Assembly: GCA_045561025.1 (NCBI GenBank)
Contig: JBJKYM010000021.1
Coordinates: forward strand, 4,312-68,311
From: Candidatus Rariloculaceae bacterium
GTDB taxonomy: Bacteria > Pseudomonadota > Gammaproteobacteria > Steroidobacterales > Rariloculaceae
DNA: 64,000 nucleotides
Direction of reading: 5' to 3'
Shown here: piece after piece, positions 19,410 through 28,838 of the stretch
Numbering within the stretch: the first letter of the stretch is position 1
How the letters are laid out: each line of letters starts with the position of its first letter
Position numbers and translations under genes: made by a program
The notes under the pieces: generated by a model
Database searches by the model: none
Seen by the model: only the letters and a program-made list of their open reading frames with translations
What the model was told of the DNA's origin: nothing

Positions 19410-19446
19410 CCGCTAACCGCTAACCGCTGACCGCTGACCGCTGACC
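19405..19446 (+). repeat. Heptamer tandem repeat (GCTAACC)3(GCTGACC)3
   Basis: Read directly; the first TAA is the cysG stop codon. Confidence 0.95.
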
Positions 19447-19480
19447 GCCGCAATAACACAACTAAAAAAGAGAGCGGAGC

Positions 19481-20440
19481 ATGATCTACGAGAGCATTCT
19501 GGACACGATCGGCAACACCCCGGTCGTAAAACTGCACAACGTGGTACCCGATCACGTTGAGATGTACGCGAAGGTGGAGGCATTCAATCCCGCCGGATCG
19601 GTCAAGGACCGGCTGGCTCTTGCCATAGTTAACGATGCTGAACTCCGCGGGACAATCGAACCCGGACAGACGATCGTCGAAGCAACATCCGGCAACACCG
19701 GTATCGCTCTGGCGATGGTTGCGGCAGCCCGAGGCTACGGCTTCGTCGCCACGATGGCCGACAGCTTCTCAGCCGAACGCCGTCAGATCATGCGTGCGTT
19801 CGGCGGCAAGGTCATTCTGACCCCGGCAGCCGAACGCGGCACGGGCATGGTCAAGAAGGCCGAAGAGCTGGCCGCGAAGCACGGTTGGTTCCTGGCCCGC
19901 CAGTTCGAGAACCCGGCGAACCCGGAATTCCACCGTCAGACAACCGGGCCCGAGATACTCTCGGACTTTGCGGGGCGGAAGCTCGATTACTGGGTTACCG
20001 GTTGGGGCACCGGCGGCACACTGACGGGTGCCGGCGAGATGATCAAGCTCGCACGACCGGACGTACAGATCATCGCCTCGGAACCCGAAGGCGCGCAGCT
20101 CGTCGGCGGTCAGGAGTTTACGCCGCACAAGATTCAGGGCTGGACGCCGGACTTTGTTCCCGATGTACTGAACCCCGACGTGCACGATCAGCTACTGCCT
20201 GTCGCGGACGAGGACGGCAAAGCGATGGCACGGCGACTCGCCGCCGAAGAAGGCATCTTCGTGGGTATCTCCGCCGGTGCGACGCTCGCGGCAGCGCATA
20301 AGGCGGCCGAAAGTGCGGAGCCTGGATCGGTCATGCTCGTCATGTTGCCCGATACCGGCGAGCGTTATCTCGGCGCGTATCTGTTCGACGATCTCGTCGA
20401 AGGTTCTGACGACGAGTGGCTGGCTAGCCTGGACGGGTAA
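19481..20440 (+). CDS. cysK: Cysteine synthase A
   Basis: IGNTPVV, NPAGSVKDR (PLP Lys), EATSGNTG, GTGGT, HKIQG, PDTGERYL. Confidence 0.96.
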   Translation: MIYESILDTIGNTPVVKLHNVVPDHVEMYAKVEAFNPAGSVKDRLALAIVNDAELRGTIEPGQTIVEATSGNTGIALAMVAAARGYGFVATMADSFSAERRQIMRAFGGKVILTPAAERGTGMVKKAEELAAKHGWFLARQFENPANPEFHRQTTGPEILSDFAGRKLDYWVTGWGTGGTLTGAGEMIKLARPDVQIIASEPEGAQLVGGQEFTPHKIQGWTPDFVPDVLNPDVHDQLLPVADEDGKAMARRLAAEEGIFVGISAGATLAAAHKAAESAEPGSVMLVMLPDTGERYLGAYLFDDLVEGSDDEWLASLDG

Positions 20441-20449
20441 CGCTGAGGG

Positions 20450-20531
20450 ATCGCGGCCAGGCGGCCGCTCCTACATGTGTTTCCCCGTCATCGGCGCGTT
20501 GACCTTGTAGGAGCGACGGCCTCGTCGCGAT
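20450..20531. repeat. Inverted pair of GTAG-family REP elements
   Basis: Minus-strand TGTAGGAGCGGCCGCCTGGCCGCGAT (20450-20475) and plus-strand TGTAGGAGCGACGGCCTCGTCGCGAT (20506-20531). Confidence 0.8.
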
Positions 20532-20575
20532 CGCCGTTAAGCGAGTTGCCAGCGAATCTTCGCTAAGATGCTCCT

Positions 20576-21815
20576 ATGAGTACTCCTCGCGTTGTCATTG
20601 TCGGCGGCGGCTTTGCGGGCCTCTCCGCTGCGCGCGGCCTGGCCGGCGCCGACGTCGACGTGCTACTCATCGACCGGCACAACTACCACCTGTTTCAGCC
20701 GCTGTTATATCAGGTCGCAACGGCCGGTCTTTCGCCGGGCGAGATCGCCTGGCCGATACGCAGCCTGCTTCGACAGCAACGCAATGCCCGCGTCGTGCTT
20801 GGCACGGTCGATGGAATCGACAGCGACGCGCGAGTCGTAAGGCTCGGAGACCGTGAGGTCAATTATGACTACCTGGTTCTAACGACAGGCGCGCGCCATG
20901 GCTACTTCGGTCATGGGACTGGGAAGAATACGCACCCGGGCTCAAGACCGTCGACGACGCAACCGAGATTCGACGACGTATCCTCGTCGCGTTCGAGAGA
21001 GCCGAGATTGAGGGCGATCCCGAGAAACAGCGTGCGTTGCTGACGTTCGTCATTGTTGGCGGCGGACCGACCGGCGTCGAACTCGCGGGAGCGCTCGTCG
21101 AACTGGCGCGACGAGCACTGGCGCGAGACTGCCGACGCATCGACCCCAGTACGGCGCGCGTCATTCTCGCGGAAGCCGGCCCGCGCATCCTGCCTGCCTT
21201 TCCGGAAACACTCTCCGAGACAGCAACGAAAGCACTGCAGAAGCTCGGGTGGAAGTTTTAACCGGTGCTGCGGTGACGAACTGCGGCGACGACGGCGTCG
21301 CGATCGGCCAGCAAAAGATCCCGGCACGAACGATCATCTGGGCCGCAGGCGTCGCTGCCTCTCCGGTCGCCAGCTGGCTCGGGGTGGACGGAGATGCCGC
21401 CGGGCGAGTAAACGTGAATCCTGATCTAAGCGTTCCCTGCCATGAGAATATCTATGTTGCGGGTGACGTAGCACGGGTCGTCTGGGGCGAGCAGCTCGTA
21501 CCCGGCGTCGCACCCGCCGCTAAGCAGATGGGGCGATATGTCGCGAAGGCGATCCGCGCCCACCTGGACGGTAGAGCGGCCGATGCCTTCGCATACAAAC
21601 ACTATGGCAATCTCGCGACTATCGGCAGAAGCCGAGCGGTTATCGATTTCGGCTGGCTGCGCCCGCGCGGCTGGATCGCCTGGTGGATCTGGGGCATCGC
21701 CCACATCTACTTCCTGATCAGCCTGCGCAATCGCGCCCTCGTTGCCTGGCAGTGGCTGTGGTCCTACATCACCTTCCAACGGGGCGCGCGCCTGATCACG
21801 GGTAACGACGAGTAG
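20576..21815 (+). pseudogene. ndh: Type II NADH dehydrogenase family FAD oxidoreductase, two frameshifts
   Basis: VGGGFAG, FQPLLYQVAT / WEEYAPGLKTVDDA..IVGGGPTGVELAG / WAAGV, GDVA, APAAKQMG, GNLATIGR are spread over three frames. Shifts fall at GGG runs 20915-20917 and 21247-21249, so sequencing error is possible. Confidence 0.85.
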
Positions 21816-21832
21816 TTACTGAGCCCTCGGCG

Positions 21833-23116
21833 TTACGGCGTCCAGGTCAGTTGCAGATAAAAGAACTTCGCATCACGGTCAGGGCCGGTATCGCTCAGAT
21901 ACTGGCCGCCGAAGAAATGACTGTAGCCGGTCAGCAGGGCGAGCTGACCCGGAATGAGCGGAATCGTCACCGCCACGTCGATCTCACTGCCGACATAACT
22001 GTCGACGTTGGTCTGTGCCTTACGCACGCGTCCTTGTCCGGCGCTGTACCAGGCGTCGCTGCTTGCTTTGTCGAGCCAGAAATTCTGCCAGCCTAGGTAC
22101 AGACTCGCTCGGTCCGCAATCGGTCGTGCGTAGACCAATTCAAGGTTGTGCAGATTCTTCAGTGAGAACAGATCCATAAAACCGTAGTAGATATGGTTTC
22201 GCGGATAAAGATTGTCGAACGTGCCGTGGTCTCCGTCATTCGCATCGCCATCACCGCTGCCGAAGATATAGGCGGCGCTCCAACTGCCGACATCGAAGTC
22301 GCCACTAATGCCCGCGCGAAACATGGAGGCCGAATGGTCGAGCCCATCGAATTCGCCGAACTGATACGAGCCCTGCACGTCCAGCTCCAGACCCCCGAGC
22401 TCGCGCACCAAGCGCAGACCAACAGTATTGGTTTTATCTCTGAAATCTGCATTCCGCCGATAGAAGTACCAGTACTCAAGCTGCCCGATGTCGAACGTCT
22501 TGTCGGCCACGAAGGCGCCGTGAAAGTCACTATCGAAGAAGCGATTGCCGACCGTACTCTGATCGTTGAACTCATCCGGATCGACAGCTACCAGCTTGGT
22601 CGCGAAGAGCTCGATCTGGCGGGTACTTGGGTCTCCAAGTGTCAGGTGAACACCATCGTGTACTCGTGCCGTATTGATCCACTCGGCAGACCCGAAGAGC
22701 CGCCGGTCTCCGAGATCGAACTTCTGCCGGCCGGCACGCAGCGTCACTGAACCGAAGTCATGCTCGTAATAGGCCTGATGAATGTCGAGCTGATCGGCAA
22801 CGATGCTCGGCACAGCCGAGTCATCTATCGGCGGTGGCTCACTACGGCTCTCGCCGAATATTCGTGCGTCCTGAAGCTCCGTGAAGAACCGGGAGTTCTC
22901 CGTCTTGTAACTTAAGCCTAAACGAATCTGCGTCAGAAAATAGGTCTGGTCGCCGCTGTCAAAGTCGAAATCCTGTCTGGACGCGTAACGCGTACGAACA
23001 CGGCTATTGAAATCGAAACCGGTTTCGTCTTCTGACTGTTGCGCTACGGCACCGTCCGAAACGACGAAGACGAAAGTAGCGAGACCACAGACGAGAAAAG
23101 ACTGGCGCCTGAGCAA
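21833..23116 (-). CDS. Alginate export (AlgE-like) family outer-membrane beta-barrel
   Basis: Signal peptide; ELQDAR, LDIHQAY, GRQ...GDRRL, GSGD....DGDHGTFDNLYP, G.EID; aromatic C-terminal strand. Confidence 0.82.
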   Translation of the reverse strand: MLRRQSFLVCGLATFVFVVSDGAVAQQSEDETGFDFNSRVRTRYASRQDFDFDSGDQTYFLTQIRLGLSYKTENSRFFTELQDARIFGESRSEPPPIDDSAVPSIVADQLDIHQAYYEHDFGSVTLRAGRQKFDLGDRRLFGSAEWINTARVHDGVHLTLGDPSTRQIELFATKLVAVDPDEFNDQSTVGNRFFDSDFHGAFVADKTFDIGQLEYWYFYRRNADFRDKTNTVGLRLVRELGGLELDVQGSYQFGEFDGLDHSASMFRAGISGDFDVGSWSAAYIFGSGDGDANDGDHGTFDNLYPRNHIYYGFMDLFSLKNLHNLELVYARPIADRASLYLGWQNFWLDKASSDAWYSAGQGRVRKAQTNVDSYVGSEIDVAVTIPLIPGQLALLTGYSHFFGGQYLSDTGPDRDAKFFYLQLTWTP

Positions 23117-24628
23117 CTATCTGAACTCCGCCAACAGCGACTTCGGTATCGGGCCGACCCGCGCCGCCTCATCCATCGCTGCGACAACATGCTTCGGCAC
23201 CGGAGCCATTCGCTGCGTTGCGAGACTTACGGTAATCATGACCGTGGTTGAGCCGATGACACCCGCGAGCATCGGATGCAGACCGCTGATTACCTCGAGC
23301 CCCGTGGGCTCCCAGACGAATGCTAGAGTCGCCCCGGTAATCATCGACGCCACCGCGCCCGGCGTATTCGCCTTGCGCCACCAGACAGCGCAAACATAGG
23401 CGGGTAAGAAGGCGCTGCCGAGCACCGAGGTCGCGAAGACAACGATTCCGAAGACCGTCGGCGGTTCGATCAATGCAATAAGATATCCAACGACACCGAT
23501 AGTAACGACGAGTCTACGCGAGACCCAGACCATTTGCTCCTGCGACGCAGCAGGATTCAGAAAACGCTGATAAATATCTCGCGATGCCACCGAACCGGTC
23601 TGTAGCATGAGCGAATCTGCCGTCGACATAATCGCCGCCATGATGGCCGCCATGACCACGCCGGTCACAGCCGCAGGCAGCAGATTCTCCGCAAGGCGCA
23701 TGATCGCGAGTTCGGGATCGTCAAGATCGGGAAGAATAATGATCGCCAGAATTCCAAGAATATAGGGCATCGATACGAACAGGAGATTCCAGGCGGTTGC
23801 GTAGGCCCCTGCCTGTCGCGCGGTCGAAGGTTGCTGCATCGCGAGATGTCGTGTCACGACATGCGGCCAGCCCATATAACCGACAGAAAATATCAGCACA
23901 GCGCCCAGCACCATGCCCCACTGCCCTTCATAGCCCAGGCCACGGCCCCAGACGGACAGCAATGTCGGGTCAAGCAGCCCGATCGACTCATTAGCCGCCG
24001 TCAGACCCCCCACCTCTATCAATGCAGCGATCAATATCCAGCCGATGCCGACCAACATGACAACGCTCTGCAGCGCATCCGTGTACGCAACGGCCAGATA
24101 GCCACCGAGCAGCGTGTAGAGCAGGATAATCCCCACCGCGACCGCGAGTGCGAACGGGTAGGAAATACCCGTCACGAGCTCCATTCCCTTACCGCCGGCA
24201 ATGAACTGCGCGAGAACGTAGCAGCCAAGCAGGAAGACTGTTAACGCACCGCCCACCGACCGGATGAGCGGCGAAGGGTAACGCAGCTCGAGATACTCGA
24301 TCGACGTCAGCGCGCCGAGAATTTGCGAGAACTTGCGCATTCGCCGGCCAATGACCGAGAGATTTAAAACACCGCCGCCGATATCGCCCGCAGCGTACCA
24401 CAAGGCCCAATAGCCTTCAGCGAATCCGAGCGCGCCCGCGCCCAGGAACATGTAGCCGCTCATGGAGGTCGTCTGCAACGTCAGGGCAGTAACCAGCGGT
24501 CCGACCCGACGGCCACCGAGGAGAAATCCCTCGAGATCCTTGCCGGCCCCGAGACGCATCGCCCAGATACCGATGCCGAGCACGAGTGCGAAGTAGATGC
24601 TGAGGAACAGAACCGCCGTCGTATTCAC
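23117..24628 (-). CDS. Sodium:solute symporter (PutP-like)
   Basis: FLLGGRRVGP, MSGYMFLG, YTLLGGYLAVAYTD, GWPH, AAIMSTADS; about 13 TM helices. Confidence 0.93.
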   Translation of the reverse strand: MNTTAVLFLSIYFALVLGIGIWAMRLGAGKDLEGFLLGGRRVGPLVTALTLQTTSMSGYMFLGAGALGFAEGYWALWYAAGDIGGGVLNLSVIGRRMRKFSQILGALTSIEYLELRYPSPLIRSVGGALTVFLLGCYVLAQFIAGGKGMELVTGISYPFALAVAVGIILLYTLLGGYLAVAYTDALQSVVMLVGIGWILIAALIEVGGLTAANESIGLLDPTLLSVWGRGLGYEGQWGMVLGAVLIFSVGYMGWPHVVTRHLAMQQPSTARQAGAYATAWNLLFVSMPYILGILAIIILPDLDDPELAIMRLAENLLPAAVTGVVMAAIMAAIMSTADSLMLQTGSVASRDIYQRFLNPAASQEQMVWVSRRLVVTIGVVGYLIALIEPPTVFGIVVFATSVLGSAFLPAYVCAVWWRKANTPGAVASMITGATLAFVWEPTGLEVISGLHPMLAGVIGSTTVMITVSLATQRMAPVPKHVVAAMDEAARVGPIPKSLLAEFR

Positions 24629-24759
24629 GCCTCCGGGTCCTCATCGGCCGTGTCCTTAGTCCAGTTCCGGGAAACGAACAAAAAGCCGATCGTGTAGGCG
24701 ATCCAGAATAGAGGAAAGCCGAAGACCAACAAGGTCGTACTGACTGGTAGACCGAACAT
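24625..24759 (-). CDS. 44-aa single-TM small protein, probable symporter accessory subunit
   Basis: Not in the ORF track: MFGLPVSTTLLVFGFPLFWIAYTIGFLFVSRNWTKDTADEDPEA*. Its TGA overlaps the GTG start of the symporter (GTGA). Confidence 0.8.
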   Translation of the reverse strand: MFGLPVSTTLLVFGFPLFWIAYTIGFLFVSRNWTKDTADEDPEA

Positions 24760-24867
24760 AGGCGTGGCCCCGCAACACTTCGACGGCGCTGCGGCCGCCT
24801 CAACAAGAGACGAGACGGATTATCGGAGATGCAGACGGGAAAAGGAAACGGAGGTGAAGGCTCGGTT

Positions 24868-25466
24868 CTACTCGGACAGCGCCGCCAGCAGCTCGTCGTG
24901 AGAAAGACGCTCCCTCTCATCCTTCGTGCCACGTTCTTTGAAGATGGCTTCCAGTTCGTGCGGACTGACCGGTACCGAAATCGTCAACGGACAAACGCAC
25001 ACCCGTCATTTTGAGTTTGCGCAGCGCATCCTGGACGCCATCGGTATTGCGCATCAACGTGCCTTCGGTCACCTCGATCTCGATAAGGTCCGGGCTAGCG
25101 CCATAACGGCCGAGTATCGCCTCGACCTGGCTACGGTTCGACCATCACCCTGCCCTTAATCAGGAAGTCCTGTACGCCGCGATTGAGAATTTCGACTGCG
25201 AACTTTTCGTTGTCGTCACCGCTCAGCACGACGATCGGAATACTGGGAGCGGTACTCTGAACTCTGTGGACCGCGTCCTGCCCGTTGGATCCACGGAGAC
25301 TCAGATCCAGAAGGATCGCGTCGAACGGATCCTCGTGCAGCGCGGCGATCGCCTCCGACATGGTCACGACGCGAGTGAGCTCGATCTCACTCGCCGACTC
25401 ACGACGCAGCGACGTTTTCAGGAGAACGGCCTCGTCGTTATCGTTCTCAACAAGGAGAACTCTCAT
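24868..25466 (-). pseudogene. Remnant of a REC-(GGDEF)-EAL c-di-GMP signalling gene with internal deletions
   Basis: Intact receiver domain (25466-~25150), then an out-of-frame EAL piece IEIEVTEGTLMRN...RLSVDDFGTG, then the EAL tail PVSPHELEAIF...ALSE* in another frame. Confidence 0.82.
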
Positions 25467-25691
25467 GTTCCTATCGCACTAAAGATATGCGCTCGCCTTA
25501 GATTTCCAGACTACGAGATATCCAGAGATAGGTCGACTTCGGCCCGCGAACCTTATCTTCAGTTCAGAACGCGACGTCCCCGGATCCCAACGTACGAATA
25601 CGCTTAGCGATCAGAAGGTTATCAAGCGGCAGCTTTGAATAAGCTGCCCTTCGTCACAGTTTGTCCGGCGCGAGAAGCCTAGTTCTGGCGG

Positions 25692-26012
25692 CTAGAGGCG
25701 ACCAGGATCTGCGCCTGCGCGCCGCTCTACACCCGCCGAATCCCGGCGCTGGCTACCGTGTGTACCGGCAACGGCGAAGCGATGTGGCGCCAGTATGCGA
25801 TCGAGATCTGTAATCGTTCGGCCGCTGACGATCGCAACGCCGACATCCCTCAGATTGGCCAGTCGCGGCAGCAGCGAACGAAGCTGTTCGGATACTTCGA
25901 CGAGATCAGGCCTTTCGGCGAACTCCAACAGGGTTCCGTCGAGATCAAGAAACAGTGCCCTTCGACCCGGCCAGGCTGGCGAAGAAGTCCTACTCACCGC
26001 GCGACGATACAT
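25692..26012 (-). pseudogene. otsB: Trehalose-6-phosphate phosphatase, N-terminal fragment
   Basis: ALFLDLDGTL..FAERP, VAIVSGR...DLDR, AGTHG..RR; stops at 106 aa with no C-terminal HAD motifs. Confidence 0.82.
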
Positions 26013-26748
26013 CGATTTGACGCAGCGCGCGCGCCGCCACGCGCTTCCACCAGACGACGAAGCCCGTGATGAAGAGGACTGCCGGTATCAGCCCCAGGAT
26101 TACCCACAGGATCCGGACGGACAGCCCGCCGAAGCGGCCGAAGTGCCAGTTGATCAGTACCAGCAGAATACCCTCGCCGGGCCGTTCGAGATCGGTGGGA
26201 TCGGTGTCGTAGGTGTTGAAGAACCATTCGAAAGGCTCGGGAAAAGCGAAATAGATGCCGGTTATCCCCCAGCCGATCAGGAGTACGAAGCCCCAGAGGC
26301 CGATCGCGCTATGCAGATGCCAGGAGAATCGGTTCGTCTCGCTAGGCGCCAGCGGCCGGATGCTGCGGCGCCAACGCCGCCTGCCCGGCCACCAGATTAC
26401 GATGCCCATCAGGATCAGTATTGTCGTGAGTACGGAAAACACGCCATTGATGTCGCGACCTAGCGTTCCGCCGAGCAGGTTGTCGTGAAGATCGACGAGC
26501 CATTCCATGACACGCATGGCGGTCAGAAAATCCAGGCTTGGATCCCTGTCCCGCGGGAGCAACCAGCGGGCCAGCTCACGTCGAAAGACGACCAGACTGC
26601 CCGTCACGCTGATCATCAGGATATACAGGCCGATCGCGATACCGATCCAGAGATGAACTTGAAAAAGCGCACGCCGAATCCACAGAGACTGCGGTAGTTG
26701 TATCCAACGCTGCCAGGCGCCGTAGCGCGGTGGAGTATCAGCAGCCAC
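25990..26748 (-). CDS. PepSY-associated TM helix protein (short form)
   Basis: VHLWIG...SVTGS, DLHDNL, GIVIWWP, LHSAIG...ITG, WHFGRFGG, ITGFVVWW. Confidence 0.88.
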   Translation of the reverse strand: MAADTPPRYGAWQRWIQLPQSLWIRRALFQVHLWIGIAIGLYILMISVTGSLVVFRRELARWLLPRDRDPSLDFLTAMRVMEWLVDLHDNLLGGTLGRDINGVFSVLTTILILMGIVIWWPGRRRWRRSIRPLAPSETNRFSWHLHSAIGLWGFVLLIGWGITGIYFAFPEPFEWFFNTYDTDPTDLERPGEGILLVLINWHFGRFGGLSVRILWVILGLIPAVLFITGFVVWWKRVAARALRQIDVSSRGE

Positions 26749-26772
26749 GCATTCAGTTCAGGCTTCGGGTCA

Positions 26773-27777
26773 TTAGTAGACCGTGCATTCGTAGCGTTCG
26801 ATCTCTTCGCCGAATGCCATCCAGTATCTTTCGTAAGTGGCAGGCCCGGAGAAGATCGTCGGATCGGCCAGGACGAACTGATAATCGAGCCGTGATTGAT
26901 CGGCACTCAAGGTAAAGCGCTCTACGATCTCTACGTCTTCTGTCTGCGGCGTACCAAGATTGTCGAAGTAGGGCCAGTTAATCAGGGTCGTATTCACAAT
27001 CAGAGTCGACCCATCCCAGCGACCTGTCGAGTAACCCAGCATGGAAGCGGCAGTCCCGGCAGGCGGCGCATCGTGGTCCATATGGATGGTGCGCTCGAGA
27101 TCATAGAGCTCGGAAATCACCCGGATCCGGTCGCCATCGTCAACGAACTCGAACGGATGGGGATTACGCATCAGCCGCGGCATTCCACCGCCCTCGCAGT
27201 TCTCTGCGAAGTTATCGATCTCATCCCACTCAGCGCGTGCCGCGAGAGCGTAGTCGGTGAACGGAAAGTCTGTCGTCTGCCCAACAAAGTTAGGCACACC
27301 GCTCCAGACACGGTAGATAACGCGATTCTCGGCGGCCGCATCGACCGTGCTGGTCGATGTCTGGTGTGGAGCGAACTCGGCCACGTCCGCGTTCGACCAG
27401 TGCAGCGCCACATTCGGTGCCAATAGAATTTCCCTGCCGTTCTCAAGCAACATGTTGCTCGTGAGCATGTCCCGCTCACGTCTGACAGAGACGCTTCCAA
27501 GAAACGCCACCTGCTCGCCGATCGTAAAGAAGCTCTCGTCGATTCCACCACGCCGCATGCTGCCGAGATTGGACGCGCCTTCTATTCGCCACTCCTCGAT
27601 CTGTCCGTCCTCATTGGTCACGTTAATTGTGAAACCGACATGAGGATTAACCCAGTGAACGGCGACAAGTTCACCGGCCAACTCCTGAACCTCGTCAGGG
27701 TAATGTGAACGCGAATGATGCGCAGCCGCCGAGAGCGGGACCGAAAGTGCTAAGACGATAACGGCACGGCTATTCAT
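26773..27777 (-). CDS. DUF6152-like exported two-domain protein (paralogue 1)
   Basis: Signal peptide then HHS...G.L..V.WVNPH; second domain C...GMP..M..P.P, RTIHMD, GYSTGRWDG, ERFTL, DP, YEC. Confidence 0.8.
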   Translation of the reverse strand: MNSRAVIVLALSVPLSAAAHHSRSHYPDEVQELAGELVAVHWVNPHVGFTINVTNEDGQIEEWRIEGASNLGSMRRGGIDESFFTIGEQVAFLGSVSVRRERDMLTSNMLLENGREILLAPNVALHWSNADVAEFAPHQTSTSTVDAAAENRVIYRVWSGVPNFVGQTTDFPFTDYALAARAEWDEIDNFAENCEGGGMPRLMRNPHPFEFVDDGDRIRVISELYDLERTIHMDHDAPPAGTAASMLGYSTGRWDGSTLIVNTTLINWPYFDNLGTPQTEDVEIVERFTLSADQSRLDYQFVLADPTIFSGPATYERYWMAFGEEIERYECTVY

Positions 27778-28837
27778 GTCCTTTCCGAAGTCGTTGCTCC
27801 ACTACGAATCGACTCGTCGATTCTTCGTCACAGTCGAACGGGGTCGAAACATGATCGGGCTGATAGATCATTTCTCTATCGTGGGTCATCGGTGCGACGA
27901 AGTACTCGGGGTCCTCGAGCAGGAAGTCGAGCAGGATTCGAGTACCGTCTTCGCTGAGTTCGTAACGCTCCACAACGTGTTTCTCCGCGCCGGAAGGAAT
28001 TCCGGTCTGATAGGGAGAGCGGTGATCTTCGAAATTTCGGGTGTCGACGATCAGCACATTCTCCTCCAGCGTGCCGATTGAGTGCCCTGTCTGAAAACGC
28101 TGACTGATATCGGGATGCGGGCGGCCGTCCATATAGACGATGCGTTCTTCATCGAAGAAATCGCTACGGATCGCGATCCTGTCACCACCGTCGAGATATT
28201 CGATCTGTATAGGATAAAGAATCGAGGAGATAATCATGGCCGGCGTGGGCCGCCCGACGCAGGTCGCGTTCGGGTTCTCATCGGTGAGTTCGGAATATGC
28301 AGTCTGCGCCGCAGCGCCTTTCTCGTTCGGCGTCAGCTGTGCGCGAAAAAATCCGTCGAAACCGCCCGGATAGTCGACGAGCTTGTCTCCATCGGAGGCC
28401 CAGAATCCCTCCAGCGTTGTCGTGCTCTCGGTCACCTCCGGCGAGTCAATACGTGGCTCGTATGATGTGCCGTAGAACGCCGCGCCCAGTGGAATTCCGC
28501 CTTCCTTCTCGATTGACTCGAGCAACGCGTAGGGGCGCCCGTCAATGGCTGGATGAGCTGCGATTGTGACCCGATCTCCAGGCACCAGCGAATCACGTGT
28601 CCAGCCGCTACGTGAAACCGTCATCGTCGAGCTCGTCTGCACCGACCATTGCACCGTCTCGCCGTTATCGTCCAGGGTATCGACGACGACATACACATGC
28701 GGATTACGCCAGGCGTACTCGACGACCGTGCCATCAAAGGTCAACGTGGTCTCCATGTCGAGTCCTGCGTCGCTGTGATGAGCCGCTGCCGGTAGAGAGA
28801 CGGCAGCGGACGCCGCAAGCAATACCCCTAATCTCAT
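27770..28837 (-). CDS. DUF6152-like exported two-domain protein (paralogue 2)
   Basis: AAA|HHS, WRNPH, GWTRDSL.PGD; second domain RIVYMDGRPHP, GHSIG, ERYEL, DPEY, FDCD. Confidence 0.8.
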   Translation of the reverse strand: MRLGVLLAASAAVSLPAAAHHSDAGLDMETTLTFDGTVVEYAWRNPHVYVVVDTLDDNGETVQWSVQTSSTMTVSRSGWTRDSLVPGDRVTIAAHPAIDGRPYALLESIEKEGGIPLGAAFYGTSYEPRIDSPEVTESTTTLEGFWASDGDKLVDYPGGFDGFFRAQLTPNEKGAAAQTAYSELTDENPNATCVGRPTPAMIISSILYPIQIEYLDGGDRIAIRSDFFDEERIVYMDGRPHPDISQRFQTGHSIGTLEENVLIVDTRNFEDHRSPYQTGIPSGAEKHVVERYELSEDGTRILLDFLLEDPEYFVAPMTHDREMIYQPDHVSTPFDCDEESTSRFVVEQRLRKGHE

Positions 28838-28838
28838 A

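Noticed and set aside
19405-20531. CRISPR array
   Set aside because: The repeats are a 7-mer tandem and isolated REPs, with no regular repeat-spacer pattern and no cas genes.
20576-21815. Programmed frameshifting or phase variation in ndh
   Set aside because: The runs are only GGG, there is no slippery heptamer, and two independent shifts would be needed; decay or sequencing error is simpler.
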